Below are positions 1-9,955 of a DNA stretch of 64,000 nt, piece after piece. Where the stretch lies: positions 224,137 through 288,136 of the forward strand of contig CAWJSX010000003.1 in NCBI GenBank assembly GCA_963845675.1, given 5' to 3'. The first letter of the stretch is position 1. Every line of letters starts with the position of its first letter. Both the position numbers and the translations under genes were made by a program. The notes beneath the pieces are model-generated. The model was given only the letters and a program-made list of their open reading frames with translations. It was not told where the DNA came from and did no database searches. The DNA comes from an uncultured Actinomycetota bacterium (GTDB taxonomy: Bacteria > Actinomycetota > Actinomycetes > Actinomycetales > CAWJMD01).

Positions 1-381
1 CTCTCGTTGTCCCGCGGCGGGCAGACGATCTGGATGAGCGACCTGGACGCCGCCAAGGTCGGCGTCGAGGACAACGACTGGATCGAGGCGGTCAACCGCA
101 ACGGCGTCGTGGTCGCCCGCGCGATCGTCTCGCACCGGATGCCCGAGGGCACCGTCTACATGCACCACGCCCAGGACCGGCTCATCGACGTCCCCCTCGC
201 CGAGACCTCGGGAAAGCGCGGCGGCATCCACAACTCGCTGACCCGGATCCTGGTCAAGCCCAGCCACCTCATCGGTGGCTACGCGCAGCTGTCCTTCGCG
301 TTCAACTACCTCGGGCCCACGGGGAACCAGCGCGACGAGGTGACGGTCATCCGCCGCCGCAACCAGAACGTGGAGTACTGA
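1..381 (+). CDS. narG: Respiratory nitrate reductase alpha subunit, C-terminal part (5' end outside window)
   Basis: NarG C-terminus N-R-N-G-V-V-V-A-R-A-I-V-S-H-R-M-P...RGGIHNS...GYAQLSFAFNYLGPTGNQRDE; directly upstream of narH. Confidence 0.95.
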   Translation, partial: LSLSRGGQTIWMSDLDAAKVGVEDNDWIEAVNRNGVVVARAIVSHRMPEGTVYMHHAQDRLIDVPLAETSGKRGGIHNSLTRILVKPSHLIGGYAQLSFAFNYLGPTGNQRDEVTVIRRRNQNVEY

Positions 382-383
382 TC

Positions 384-2130
384 ATGAAGGTCATGGCCCA
401 GATGGCGATGGTGATGAACCTCGACAAGTGCATCGGCTGCCACACCTGCTCGGTCACCTGCAAGCAGGCCTGGACGAACCGGACCGGCACCGAGTACGTC
501 TGGTTCAACAACGTCGAGACCCGGCCCGGGGCAGGGCTACCCGCGGCGCTACGAGGACCAGGAGGAGTGGAAGGGCGGCTGGGAGCTCAACCACCGCGGC
601 CGCCTCAAGCTCAAGGCCGGTGGGCGACTGCGGAAGCTCGCGACGATCTTCTCCAACCCCAAGATGCCCTCGATCGGCGACTACTACGAGCCCTGGACCT
701 ACGACTACGCCACCCTCACCGATGCCCCGGCACAGGAGCACACCCCGGTGGCGCGGCCCAAGTCGCTGCTGACCGGCAAGGACATGAAGATCGAGTGGTC
801 ATCGAACTGGGACGACGACCTCGGCGGCTCCGCGGCCACCGAGAAGCACGACCCGATGCTCGCGAAGATCGCCGACAAGGTGAAGTTCGAGTTCGAGCAG
901 ACCTTCATGTTCTACCTGCCGCGGATCTGTGAGCACTGCCTGAACCCCTCCTGCGCGGCGTCGTGTCCCAGCGGAGCGATCTACAAGCGCGCCGAGGACG
1001 GCATCGTGCTGGTCGACCAGGACCGCTGCCGCGGCTGGCGGATGTGCGTGTCGGGGTGCCCGTACAAGAAGGTCTACTTCAACCACCGCACCGGCAAGGC
1101 GGAGAAGTGCACGTTCTGCTTCCCGCGTATCGAGGTCGGCCTGCCGACCGTCTGCGCGGAGACGTGCGTCGGGCGGCTGCGGTACATCGGCCTGGTCCTC
1201 TACGACGCCGACCGGGTGCTGGAGGCCGCCTCGGTGGAGGACGACCACGCGCTCTACGAGGCTCAGCGTTCGATCCTGCTCGACCCGCACGACCCGGAGG
1301 TGGTCCGGGCCGCCGAGCGTGAGGGCATCCCGCGGGACTGGATCGACGCCGCCCAGCGCTCGCCGATCCACGCCCTCATCAACACGTACAAGGTTGCGCT
1401 GCCACTGCACCCGGAGTACCGCACGATGCCGATGGTCTGGTACATCCCGCCGCTGTCGCCGGTGATCGACGTGGTTCGCGAGACCGGTGAGGACGCGGAG
1501 GACGACGGCAACCTCTTCGCGGCCATCGACGCGCTGCGGATCCCGGTCGAGTACCTGGCCGAGCTCTTCACAGCCGGTGACGTGGCACCGGTCGACCAGG
1601 TGCTGAAGAAGCTCGCCGCGATGCGGTCCTACATGCGCGACATCAACCTGGGCCGCGACCCGAACCCGGCCATCCCGGCGGCGGTCGGCATGACCGAGGA
1701 GGAGCTGTACGACATGTATCGGCTCCTCGCGATCGCGAAGTACGACGAGCGCTACGTCATCCCGCCCGCACACGCCGAGCAGGCGCACTCCCTGGAGGAG
1801 CTGGGCACCGAGTGCGCGGTCTCGGAGTACGGCGGCGGCAATCCGGAGATCTTCGGCGAGGGTTCGGGCGGGCTGACGCCGATCGCGGTCGAGAACTTCC
1901 GCATGCTGCAGGACCGGCAGACCTCCGACACCATCGCCTCACCCGCCGACAAGGCCTCCCGGGTCAACCTGCTGAACTGGGACGGCAAGGGCGTCCCCGG
2001 CGGCCTGTTCCCACCGCGCACCGATGGACCGGGGCCGGTCGAGAACGGCACCTCGCCCGACGACCGCGACGACGGGGCGACCGGCCCAGGTGGCACCGGT
2101 GGTCGGCCCGGAGGGGCGGACCCGCGATGA
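384..2130 (+). CDS. narH: Nitrate reductase beta subunit (Fe-S); +1 frameshift in G-run 528-531
   Basis: MNLDKCIGCHTCSVTCK start; removing one G restores VETRPGQGYPRRYEDQ and joins ORF 664..2130 with CEHCLNPSC, CRGWRMCVSGC and CTFC motifs. Confidence 0.93.
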
Positions 2131-2874
2131 GGCTCACGAGGGCGGGCCTCACGGGCAGCCACTCCCGACAGCCGCGGCTGACCCCTGAACAGCTCACTGC
2201 CGCCTGGCAGTCGGCGTCTCTGCTGCTCGACTACCCGGACGCCGATCTGCCGAGTCAGCTGGACCTGGTGCAGCAGGTCGCGGCCGGTCTGCCGGGCGCG
2301 GTGGCGACACCCCTGAGGCACTGCGCAGAGCGCCTGGCCGAGGTGCCGCTGCTCGAGCTCCGGGAGGACTACGTCGACACCTTCGACAGCAGACGCCGGC
2401 ACACCCTCTTTCTCACCTACTTCGCCCACGGCGACACGCGCAAGCGTGGCCTCGCTCTGCTGCGGTTCAAGCAGACCTACCTGCGGGCCGGCGTGCAGCT
2501 CGACGAGTCGACCGCGGCCGGAGCCGAGCTGCCGGACCACCTCTGCGTCGTCCTGGAGTTCGCCGCCACCGTCGACCGCCAGGCGGGACGCCAGCTCATG
2601 CTGGACCACCGCGCCGGCCTGGAGCTGTTGCGGCTGTCCCTGATAGACGCCGGATCCCGGTGGGCCGGCGCCGTGGAGGCGGTCACCGCGACCCTGCCCG
2701 CCCTCGAGGGCAAGGACATGGACGCCGTGCGTCGTCTCGCCGCGGAGGGCCCGCCCGAGGAGGAGGTCGGCCTCACGCCGTACGCCACCCCGATGTTCGA
2801 CCCAGGACCGGCGCTGCCCGGCCCGTCAGCCCCGGTCGGCGCTGCCGATGCCGTCGTTCCCAGGTGGCCGCTGA
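2127..2874 (+). CDS. narJ: Nitrate reductase molybdenum cofactor assembly chaperone (as given, reads through into narI; probable extra G near 2838)
   Basis: ATGA overlap with narH stop; LLLDYP, YVDTFD, HGDTRKRGLAL, ELPDHLCVVLEF motifs; alternative-frame end LPMPSFPGGR-TGA at 2872-2874. Confidence 0.88.
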
Positions 2875-2876
2875 GC

Positions 2877-3602
2877 ATGGACACCTTCCTCTGGGTGATC
2901 GTCCCCTACCTGTGCCTGGCCACCTTCGTGGTCGGCCACCTCTGGCGCTATCGCTACGACAAGTTCGGCTGGACCACCCGCTCCTCCCAGCTGTACGAGG
3001 ACCGGCTTCTCCGCCTCGGGTCCCCGCTGTTCCACTTCGGGATGCTCGGGGTCGCCGGCGGCCACATCATCGGGCTGCTCGTGCCGCAGTCCTGGACCGA
3101 CGCCCTCGGCATCAGCCACGAGGCCTACCACGTGGTGGCGGTGGCGGGTGGGCTCGTCGCCGGCGTGATGGCCGTGGTCGGGATGGTGATCCTCATCTAC
3201 CGTCGCCGCACGGTGGGTCCGGTCTTCTCGGCGACGACCGTGATGGACAAGGTGATGTACGCCTTCCTCGCGGTCGTGATCGTGCTGGGGATGTGGAACA
3301 CGATCGCCGGCTCGATCCTGACCATCGGTGGCGAGTACAACTACCGTGAGGGCGTCTCGGTCTGGTACCGCTCGTTCCTGGCCTTCCAGCCCGATGCAGG
3401 CCTGATGGCCGGGGCGCCGCTCGGCTTCCAGCTGCACGCACTCGTCGCCTTCGGGCTGTTCGCCCTGTGGCCCTTCACCCGCCTCGTGCACGTGTTCAGC
3501 GCGCCGCTCGGCTACCTGACCCGTCCCTACATCGTCTACCGCAGCCGAGACGACCAGCTCGGCAGCCACCGACCCCGACGCGGATGGGACCGGGTCTCGT
3601 AG
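2877..3602 (+). CDS. narI: Nitrate reductase gamma subunit (cytochrome b)
   Basis: WRYRYDKFGWTTRSSQLYE, GSPLFHFG, PFTRLVHVFSAP; AGGTGG RBS upstream of ATG 2877. Confidence 0.93.
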   Translation: MDTFLWVIVPYLCLATFVVGHLWRYRYDKFGWTTRSSQLYEDRLLRLGSPLFHFGMLGVAGGHIIGLLVPQSWTDALGISHEAYHVVAVAGGLVAGVMAVVGMVILIYRRRTVGPVFSATTVMDKVMYAFLAVVIVLGMWNTIAGSILTIGGEYNYREGVSVWYRSFLAFQPDAGLMAGAPLGFQLHALVAFGLFALWPFTRLVHVFSAPLGYLTRPYIVYRSRDDQLGSHRPRRGWDRVS

Positions 3603-3946
3603 TGGACCACGCCTGCGAGACCACCGACGAGACCGAGTCGACCGTCGTCGAGGTCATGCTGCGGGACCCGAAGACGCTGCCCGTCCATGCATCGATCGCC
3701 GACGCACGTCCCGCGTTGGGGAACGACCACGTGCACATGCTGTTGCTGACCGAGGGCAGGACTCTCGTCGGCACCTTGACGCGCAACGACCTCCCGCCGA
3801 CCGGGATCGCGGGCCCTGCAGTGCCGTGGCCGACGCTCGTCGGCCGGACGGTGCCACCGCACGCACCGGCGGCCGCGGTGCAGGACCTCATGGTCGATCG
3901 GGGAATCCGCCGAGGGGCCGGCGGTCTGCCTGGCCAGCCCCGGTGA
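3602..3946 (+). pseudogene. CBS-domain protein, apparently truncated in second CBS repeat
   Basis: VVEVMLRDPKTL...HVHMLLLTEGRTLVGTLTRNDL is one CBS repeat; second repeat breaks off after MVDRGIRR. Confidence 0.55.
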
Positions 3947-3959
3947 GCGCCTCGGGCCG

Positions 3960-5207
3960 TCAGGCGCTCAGAGGCCCTGACTGCTCGTCGGCGTGGGCGA
4001 TGTGCCGCAGCTGGCGCCAGATCAGCACGACGAACACCGCCGACCCGGCGAACGCGAACCAGAACGGCGCGGTCAGGCCGTAGTGCTGCGCCAGCACGCC
4101 GCCGATCCCCGAGCCCAGCACCAGGCCTCCGAAGACCCCCACGAGGTTCACGCTGCCCACGCGTCCCTGCAGGGCCTGCGGCACGGCGCGCTGCCGGACC
4201 GTGACGGAGGTCGTCCCCCACACGAACGCGTGGGCGCCGAAGACGAAGAAGACCGGCATCGCCACCCAGGGGCTGGACGTGAGCGCCAGCGCGAGGTGCG
4301 TCAGCGTCTCGATCACCAGGCCGATGCGCATGATGTTGCCCAGGCTCACGCGCCGCGTGATCCACCCGTAGACGGCTGTGCCCGCCAGCCCACCCACAGC
4401 GCTGACGGTGGTGACCAGGCCGAACCCGATCTCGCCCAGGCCCAGGCGCTCGGTGGCGTACAGGACGAGCACAGACCACGCGGCGCCGAACGTGACGTTG
4501 AAGATGAGGATCGTCAGGACCAGGGTGCGGACCGCCGCGTGGTGACGGACCCAGCGGAAGCCCTCCGCGATGTCCTGTCGCAGCCGCGTCGTGGCCGAGC
4601 GGTCCCGCCGGTGCGGCGGGAGGACGACCCGCGTCACCAGCACCGCCCCCAGGGCCACCACGAGGGCCTGTGCGCCGAACGCCCACGCGGCCCCGACCGT
4701 GAAGAGGGCGGCCCCCAGTGGCGGCCCGGCCAGCTGGTTGACCGTGATGAAGCCCGTCTGCAGGCGTGAGTTCGCCAGCGCGAGGTCGTCCCGCGCGACG
4801 AGCATCGGCAGCAGGGTCTGGGAGGCGTTGTCGGCGAACACCTCTGCCGTGCTCAGCACGAACAGGGCGGCCAGCACGACGGCGATGTTCACGTAGTCGG
4901 TGGCCACGGCCAGCGTCAGCACGACCAGCACGGCCGCGCGTGCGAGGTCGACGACGACCACGAGTCGCCTCCGGTCCAGCCGGTCCGTCAGCGCGCCGGC
5001 GAGGAGTCCGAAGAGCAGCGGGGGAAGCCACTGCACCGTGGCGGCGAGGGCCACCAGGAGCGCGTCCTTCGTCAGGGACGCGACGAGCAGCGGGCCGGCA
5101 GCGAGCGCGATCCCGTCCCCGAGGTTCGACGACCACGAGGAGGCCAGCAGCCACCGGAACCCCGCACCGAGGCGTGCCGGGACGACGGCTTCGGTCAGGC
5201 GGCTCAC
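3960..5207 (-). CDS. MFS transporter (about 12 TM)
   Basis: MFS motif A GALTDRLDRRRL, many hydrophobic segments, RQRAVPQALQGRV; start placed at GTG 5207. Confidence 0.88.
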   Translation of the reverse strand: MSRLTEAVVPARLGAGFRWLLASSWSSNLGDGIALAAGPLLVASLTKDALLVALAATVQWLPPLLFGLLAGALTDRLDRRRLVVVVDLARAAVLVVLTLAVATDYVNIAVVLAALFVLSTAEVFADNASQTLLPMLVARDDLALANSRLQTGFITVNQLAGPPLGAALFTVGAAWAFGAQALVVALGAVLVTRVVLPPHRRDRSATTRLRQDIAEGFRWVRHHAAVRTLVLTILIFNVTFGAAWSVLVLYATERLGLGEIGFGLVTTVSAVGGLAGTAVYGWITRRVSLGNIMRIGLVIETLTHLALALTSSPWVAMPVFFVFGAHAFVWGTTSVTVRQRAVPQALQGRVGSVNLVGVFGGLVLGSGIGGVLAQHYGLTAPFWFAFAGSAVFVVLIWRQLRHIAHADEQSGPLSA

Positions 5208-5239
5208 AAGGACGTCACTGTAGAGCGTCCCCCCAAGCT

Positions 5240-5301
5240 GCATTCTCCCGAGAATGACGCTCCGGAGTGCCCTTCCGACGCGCATTCTCCCGAGAATGAC
5301 G
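5240..5301. repeat. Two identical 20-bp copies of GCATTCTCCCGAGAATGACG, each containing the inverted repeat CATTCTC-CC-GAGAATG
   Basis: Copies at 5240-5259 and 5282-5301, 42-bp period, between divergent genes. Confidence 0.9.
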
Positions 5302-5359
5302 GTGGAGGGGGTGTCGTGCAGGCGACCTAGCATGTGCGACATGACGGCAGGGCGACGGG

Positions 5360-5701
5360 ATGGCTGACGCGGACGACGTCCGCCGCATCGCCCTGGCCCT
5401 GCCCGACGTGGCGGAGATCGCCAGTGAGGGGTTCGACTTCCGGGTGGGCGACAGGGGATTCGTGTGGTCCTACCCGGAGCGGACCCCGGGCGGGCCGCGG
5501 CGCATCCGGACCGACGTCGCGGTGCTCTTCGTCGGGGACGAGGCGGAGAAGCAGGCCCTGCTGCGGGGGGAGCCGGACCTGTTCTTCACCGCGCCGGGGT
5601 ACGGGGACTCGTCGCTCGTGATGGTGCGGCTGGGGGAGGTGGACGTCGACCGGCTCGAGGAGCTGGTCACGGACGCCTGGCGCATGCGTCAGGAGGCGTG
5701 A
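5360..5701 (+). CDS. MmcQ/YjbR family protein
   Basis: DVRRIALALP, FRVGDRGF, EKQALL..EPDLFFT.PGY, LEELVTDAWR pattern. Confidence 0.8.
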   Translation: MADADDVRRIALALPDVAEIASEGFDFRVGDRGFVWSYPERTPGGPRRIRTDVAVLFVGDEAEKQALLRGEPDLFFTAPGYGDSSLVMVRLGEVDVDRLEELVTDAWRMRQEA

Positions 5702-5717
5702 CGACGCGCCGGGGGCG

Positions 5718-6134
5718 TCAGCGGCGATCGAGCATGACGACCGGGATCACGCGCGCCGTCTTCTGCTCGTACTCGGCGAACCCCGGGTAGCGCTTCTTCT
5801 GCTCCTGCCAGATCGGCTCGCGCTCCTCGGCGTCGAGCACCCTGGCCCGTACCTCGTACGTCTCGATCCCGGTCGCGAGGGCGACCTCCGCGGTCACGTC
5901 AGGGTGGGCCTTGAGGTTGTGGAACCAGTCGGGGTTCCTGTCGTCTCCGGCACGCGACGCGAACACGGCGAAGCTGTCGTCCACGGCCATGTACATCATC
6001 GGGTTGACGCGTTCCTGCCCGGACTTGGCGCCGACGTTGTGCAGGAGCAGCAGGGGGGCGCCCTCGAAGGGCCCACCCACGCGGCCCTCGTTCGCGCGGA
6101 ACTCCTCGATGACCTGTGCGTTCCAGTCAGCCAT
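5718..6134 (-). CDS. Deazaflavin (F420)-dependent nitroreductase family protein
   Basis: WNAQVIEEFRANEGRVGGPFEG, GAKSG, ASRAG..RNPDWFHNL, YEQKTARVIPVV. Confidence 0.9.
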   Translation of the reverse strand: MADWNAQVIEEFRANEGRVGGPFEGAPLLLLHNVGAKSGQERVNPMMYMAVDDSFAVFASRAGDDRNPDWFHNLKAHPDVTAEVALATGIETYEVRARVLDAEEREPIWQEQKKRYPGFAEYEQKTARVIPVVMLDRR

Positions 6135-6220
6135 CACCTCAACCTACGCCCGGGTCCGGCACCCGACCAGCCCCGAGGCTGTCCGTGCCGGGCCGTAGGA
6201 TCGGGGACCGTGAGCCGACG

Positions 6221-6511
6221 ATGAGCAAGGTCGACGCCCTCAGGGCGATGCGCGAGGCCAAGTACGCCCGGACGCAGCAGAACGCGTCGAGGCGTCCGGC
6301 GGTGCCCCCCGCGCAGGAGAATGCGGCAGCGCCGGCGGAGAAGGCTGCACCTGCGCGTTCCGCGGGCCGGACCGCGAAGCCCCCTCAGGTCGAGGACCCG
6401 TCGACTCCACCCGAGGAGCGGTCGCAGGACGTGTGCGGACACCGCTCGATGAACGGCCGTACCTGCACCCGCGAGGCCGGTCACGAGCAGAAGAACCACC
6501 GCTACTCCTGA
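6221..6511 (+). CDS. Small hypothetical protein with C-terminal C-x9-C-x5-H-x4-H motif
   Basis: MSKVDALRAMREAKY helix, Ala/Pro linker, CGHRSMNGRTCTREAGHEQKNH; TAGGAT -10-like hexamer at 6196-6201. Confidence 0.65.
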   Translation: MSKVDALRAMREAKYARTQQNASRRPAVPPAQENAAAPAEKAAPARSAGRTAKPPQVEDPSTPPEERSQDVCGHRSMNGRTCTREAGHEQKNHRYS

Positions 6512-6613
6512 TCGGCCCGTGAACGGCGCCGGTCGGGTGTCGGACGGCGCTGGCAGACTCGTGCCGTCGCCCCTCGGACAGGGGTGGCGTCATCGACGGG
6601 GAGGACGACGCAG

Positions 6614-9600
6614 GTGCTGCAGGTTCACCGCTCGGAGTCGGGGCTTGCCCTCGTCTCCGCACTGGCGGACCTGCTGGCGACGCCCCCTGACGACCCCTTC
6701 GCCCCGGACGTCGTGGCCGTCCCTGCGCAGGGCATCGAGCGCTGGCTGGCCCAGCGGTTGTCCCACCGGCTCGGCGCCGGGGCCGACGCCGCCGGCGTCT
6801 GCGCCAACGTGCGGTTCCCGCGGCCGTCCGCCCTGCTCGACGAGGCGGTGTCTGCCGTCAGCGCCGAGCACGCCGAGTCGGTGCTGGCGTGGGACCCGGC
6901 CCGCACGGTGTGGCCCGTCGTCGCACTGCTCGACGAGGTCGCCGACGGCTCCTGGGGTGCGGACGACCCGTCGTTCGACCTCCTGCGGCACCACCTCCGT
7001 CTCGGTGGCGTCGTCCCGACGGGTCGTCGCTACGCGCTCGCCCGGCGCGTGGCCGGTCTCCTGCACGGGTACGCGGCGGCGCGGCCCTCCCTCCTGGCCG
7101 ACTGGCAGCGGGGGAACGCCAGCGGGGTGCCGGACGACCTGCTCTGGCAGCCGGCGCTGTGGCGCCGCCTGCGCGCCGACCTCGGGCCGAGCCCCGCCGA
7201 GCTCCTCGACGAGGCCTGCACCCTCCTGCGCGAGCGCCCGGAGGCCGTGCCTCTGCCGGAGCGCTTCAGCGTGTACGGCCCCAGCCGCCTCGACGCGGCC
7301 CGGCTCTCCGTCCTCGTCGCGCTGGCCGAGCACCGTGACGTCCACCTGTGGCTGAACCACGCGAGTCCGGCTCTCTGGCAGCGGGTCGCGGCCGCGCCGC
7401 TGCCCCAGGACCTGGTGCGGCGACCGGTCGAGAACGTGCCGGGCAACGCCCTGCTCGCGTCCCTCAGCCGTGACGTGCAGGAGCTGCAGCAGCGGCTCGC
7501 CGTCGTCGCCCCCGATGCCACGTCGGTGCACCACCCACCGGTGCGGGCACCACGCGCGAACCTCCTCGGTCGCCTGCAGGGCGACCTGCGCGACGACGGC
7601 GCGGGTGGCCGGCCGATGGTGCTCGCCCCCGACGACCGGTCCGTCCAGGTGCACGCCTGCCACGGTCGGGCGCGCCAGGTCGAGGTGCTGCGCGACGTCG
7701 TGCTCGGGCTGCTCGCCGACGACCCGACGCTGGAGCCGCGGGACGTGCTCGTGATGTGCCCTGACGTCGAGACCTTCGCGCCGCTCGTGACCGCGGCGTT
7801 CGGCACCGATCCCGCGGCCCGGCTGCGGGTGAGGCTCGCGGACCGATCGCCCCGGCAGGTCAACCCCGTGCTGGCCGTGGTCGGCGCGCTGCTCGACCTC
7901 GTCGCGGGGCGCGTCACCGCCAGCGAGGTGCTCGGTCTCGCCGGGTCGCCGCCCGTGCGCCGGCGGTTCCGGCTCGACGAGGAGGACCTCGAGCAGGTCC
8001 GGGCGTGGACCGTCGCCAGCGGCGCGCACTGGGGCCTCGACGGCACCCACCGTGGTGGCTGGAAGATGGGTGGCATCACCTCCGGCACGTGGCGCTCGGC
8101 GCTCGACCGGGTCCTCAGCGGGGTGGCGCTCGGCGGGTCGGACCTGCCTCTGGCCGGGGTGACGCCGCTCGACGGGATCGACTCAGGTGCAGTGGATCTC
8201 GCGGGTCGGTTCGCCGAGATGCTCGACCGGCTGCACGCGGCCGTCGACGTGCTCGGGCGCGAGCAGCCGCTGGGTGACTGGCTGTCCGCCGTCGAGCAGA
8301 CGACGCTCTCGCTGGTCGACGTGCCGTTCGACGACGCCTGGCAGCTGGTGCAGCTTCGCAGCGAGCTCGGCGAGATCCGGGACGCCGCGACGTCGTCCAC
8401 GTCACCGCTCTCCCTCGCGGACGTGCGCACCATGCTCGACGCCCAGCTGCAGGGGCGCCCGACGCGCAGCAGCTTCCGGTCCGGCGGCATCACGGTCTGC
8501 ACGCTCGTGCCGATGCGGTCCGTCCCGCACCGGGTGGTGTGCCTGCTCGGGATGGACGACCAGAGCTTCCCTCGTCGCGCACGACCGGACGGTGACGACC
8601 TGCTCGCCCGTGAGCCGCACCTCGGCGAGCGCGACGCCCGGAGCGAGGACCGGCAGCTGTTCCTCGACGCGGTCACGGCGGCCACGGACCACCTGGTCGT
8701 GACGTACCAGGGCGGGCACCAGCGCACCGGCGCGGTCCTGCCGCCTGCGGTTCCGGTGGGCGAGCTGCTCGACGCCCTCGACCGGTGCGCGCGCACCGCG
8801 GCGGGGACCAGGGCGAGGGAGCAGGTGGTGGTGAGGCACCCGCTGCAGCCGTTCGACCCCCGCAACTTCACCGCCGGAGCGCTGGGCCGCCCGGCGCCGC
8901 TGTCGTTCGACCGCGGCGCACTGGCGGGAGCCTTCTCCAGCCGTGGGGAGCGGCGCCCCGGACCGGGCTTCCTCGCGGAGACCCTGGCGCCCCTGCCCGC
9001 CGAGGACGTCGTCGAGCTCTCCCGGTTGAAGAACTTCCTCGTCAACCCGGCCAAGGGGTTCCTGCAGCAGAGGCTCGAGATCGCGGACCCCTGGGAGGAG
9101 GAGCCGCCGCAGGACGGCCTGCCCGTCGAGCTCGACGGCCTCGGCGAGTGGGCGGTCGGTGAGCGGGTGCTGGGTGCCCGGCTGAAGGGGCTCGCAGCCT
9201 CGGCGGTGACGGCCGCCGAGCTCGGACGCGGCACGCTGCCGCCCGAGCCGCTCGGCCGCCGCGTGCTCGAGAAGGTGGGGCCCGCCGCCGACGCGCTCGT
9301 GCAGCGCGCCGCGCAGTGGCTGCACGACGCCGACGGCCCGGTGCCCGCCGAGGCGGTCGACGTCGACGTCAGGCTGCCGGGAGGACGCCAGGTCGTCGGC
9401 GCCGTCGCGAACCTGCACGGTCGGGCGCTCGTCCGCGTCTCCTACTCGCGGCTCTCGCCCAAGCAGCGGCTGGGGGCGTGGGTCGACCTCGTGGCGCTGG
9501 CCGTCGCGCGGCCGGACGCGTCCTGGGAGGCGGCCGTCGTCGGACGGGGCGAGCGGGGGTCCGCCCTCGCGGTCTGCCGCCTACAGTCCCCGAGCGCGGA

Positions 9601-9955
9601 GCGGGCCGCGGAGGTGCTGCTCGACCTGGTGCGGATCCGCGACCTCGGCCTGCAGGTGCCGTTGCCGTTGCCGCTCAAGACGTGCGAGGCGTACGTCGGG
9701 CAGCGGTGGAAGGGCAGGCCGCTGGCCGCCGCCCGCTCTCGCGCCGAGCAGCAGTGGGTCAGCCAGTACGACTGGGACAAGGAGGACCGCGCCCCCGAGC
9801 ACCTGCGGGTGTGGGGGGACCAGGTTCCTCTGCAGCACCTCCTGGAGTGGAGGGCGCCCACGCGCGTGCCCGAGTACGCGCAGGAGGCCAGCGACTTCGG
9901 ACGCCTGGCCTGCCGCGTCTGGTGGGAGCTGCTCGCCCACGAGGAGCTGCTGTGA
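6614..9955 (+). CDS. recC: Exodeoxyribonuclease V gamma subunit
   Basis: DPFAPDVVAVP..GIERWLAQRLS, GVCAN, VHACHG.ARQVEVL, LVPMRSVPHRVVCLLG, EDRQLFLDA, HPLQPFD; GGGAGG RBS before GTG 6614. Confidence 0.93.
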   Translation: MLQVHRSESGLALVSALADLLATPPDDPFAPDVVAVPAQGIERWLAQRLSHRLGAGADAAGVCANVRFPRPSALLDEAVSAVSAEHAESVLAWDPARTVWPVVALLDEVADGSWGADDPSFDLLRHHLRLGGVVPTGRRYALARRVAGLLHGYAAARPSLLADWQRGNASGVPDDLLWQPALWRRLRADLGPSPAELLDEACTLLRERPEAVPLPERFSVYGPSRLDAARLSVLVALAEHRDVHLWLNHASPALWQRVAAAPLPQDLVRRPVENVPGNALLASLSRDVQELQQRLAVVAPDATSVHHPPVRAPRANLLGRLQGDLRDDGAGGRPMVLAPDDRSVQVHACHGRARQVEVLRDVVLGLLADDPTLEPRDVLVMCPDVETFAPLVTAAFGTDPAARLRVRLADRSPRQVNPVLAVVGALLDLVAGRVTASEVLGLAGSPPVRRRFRLDEEDLEQVRAWTVASGAHWGLDGTHRGGWKMGGITSGTWRSALDRVLSGVALGGSDLPLAGVTPLDGIDSGAVDLAGRFAEMLDRLHAAVDVLGREQPLGDWLSAVEQTTLSLVDVPFDDAWQLVQLRSELGEIRDAATSSTSPLSLADVRTMLDAQLQGRPTRSSFRSGGITVCTLVPMRSVPHRVVCLLGMDDQSFPRRARPDGDDLLAREPHLGERDARSEDRQLFLDAVTAATDHLVVTYQGGHQRTGAVLPPAVPVGELLDALDRCARTAAGTRAREQVVVRHPLQPFDPRNFTAGALGRPAPLSFDRGALAGAFSSRGERRPGPGFLAETLAPLPAEDVVELSRLKNFLVNPAKGFLQQRLEIADPWEEEPPQDGLPVELDGLGEWAVGERVLGARLKGLAASAVTAAELGRGTLPPEPLGRRVLEKVGPAADALVQRAAQWLHDADGPVPAEAVDVDVRLPGGRQVVGAVANLHGRALVRVSYSRLSPKQRLGAWVDLVALAVARPDASWEAAVVGRGERGSALAVCRLQSPSAERAAEVLLDLVRIRDLGLQVPLPLPLKTCEAYVGQRWKGRPLAAARSRAEQQWVSQYDWDKEDRAPEHLRVWGDQVPLQHLLEWRAPTRVPEYAQEASDFGRLACRVWWELLAHEELL

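Noticed and set aside
5240-5301. Palindromic doublet as a mini-CRISPR
   Set aside because: Only two 20-bp copies with a 22-bp gap, shorter than typical, and no cas genes
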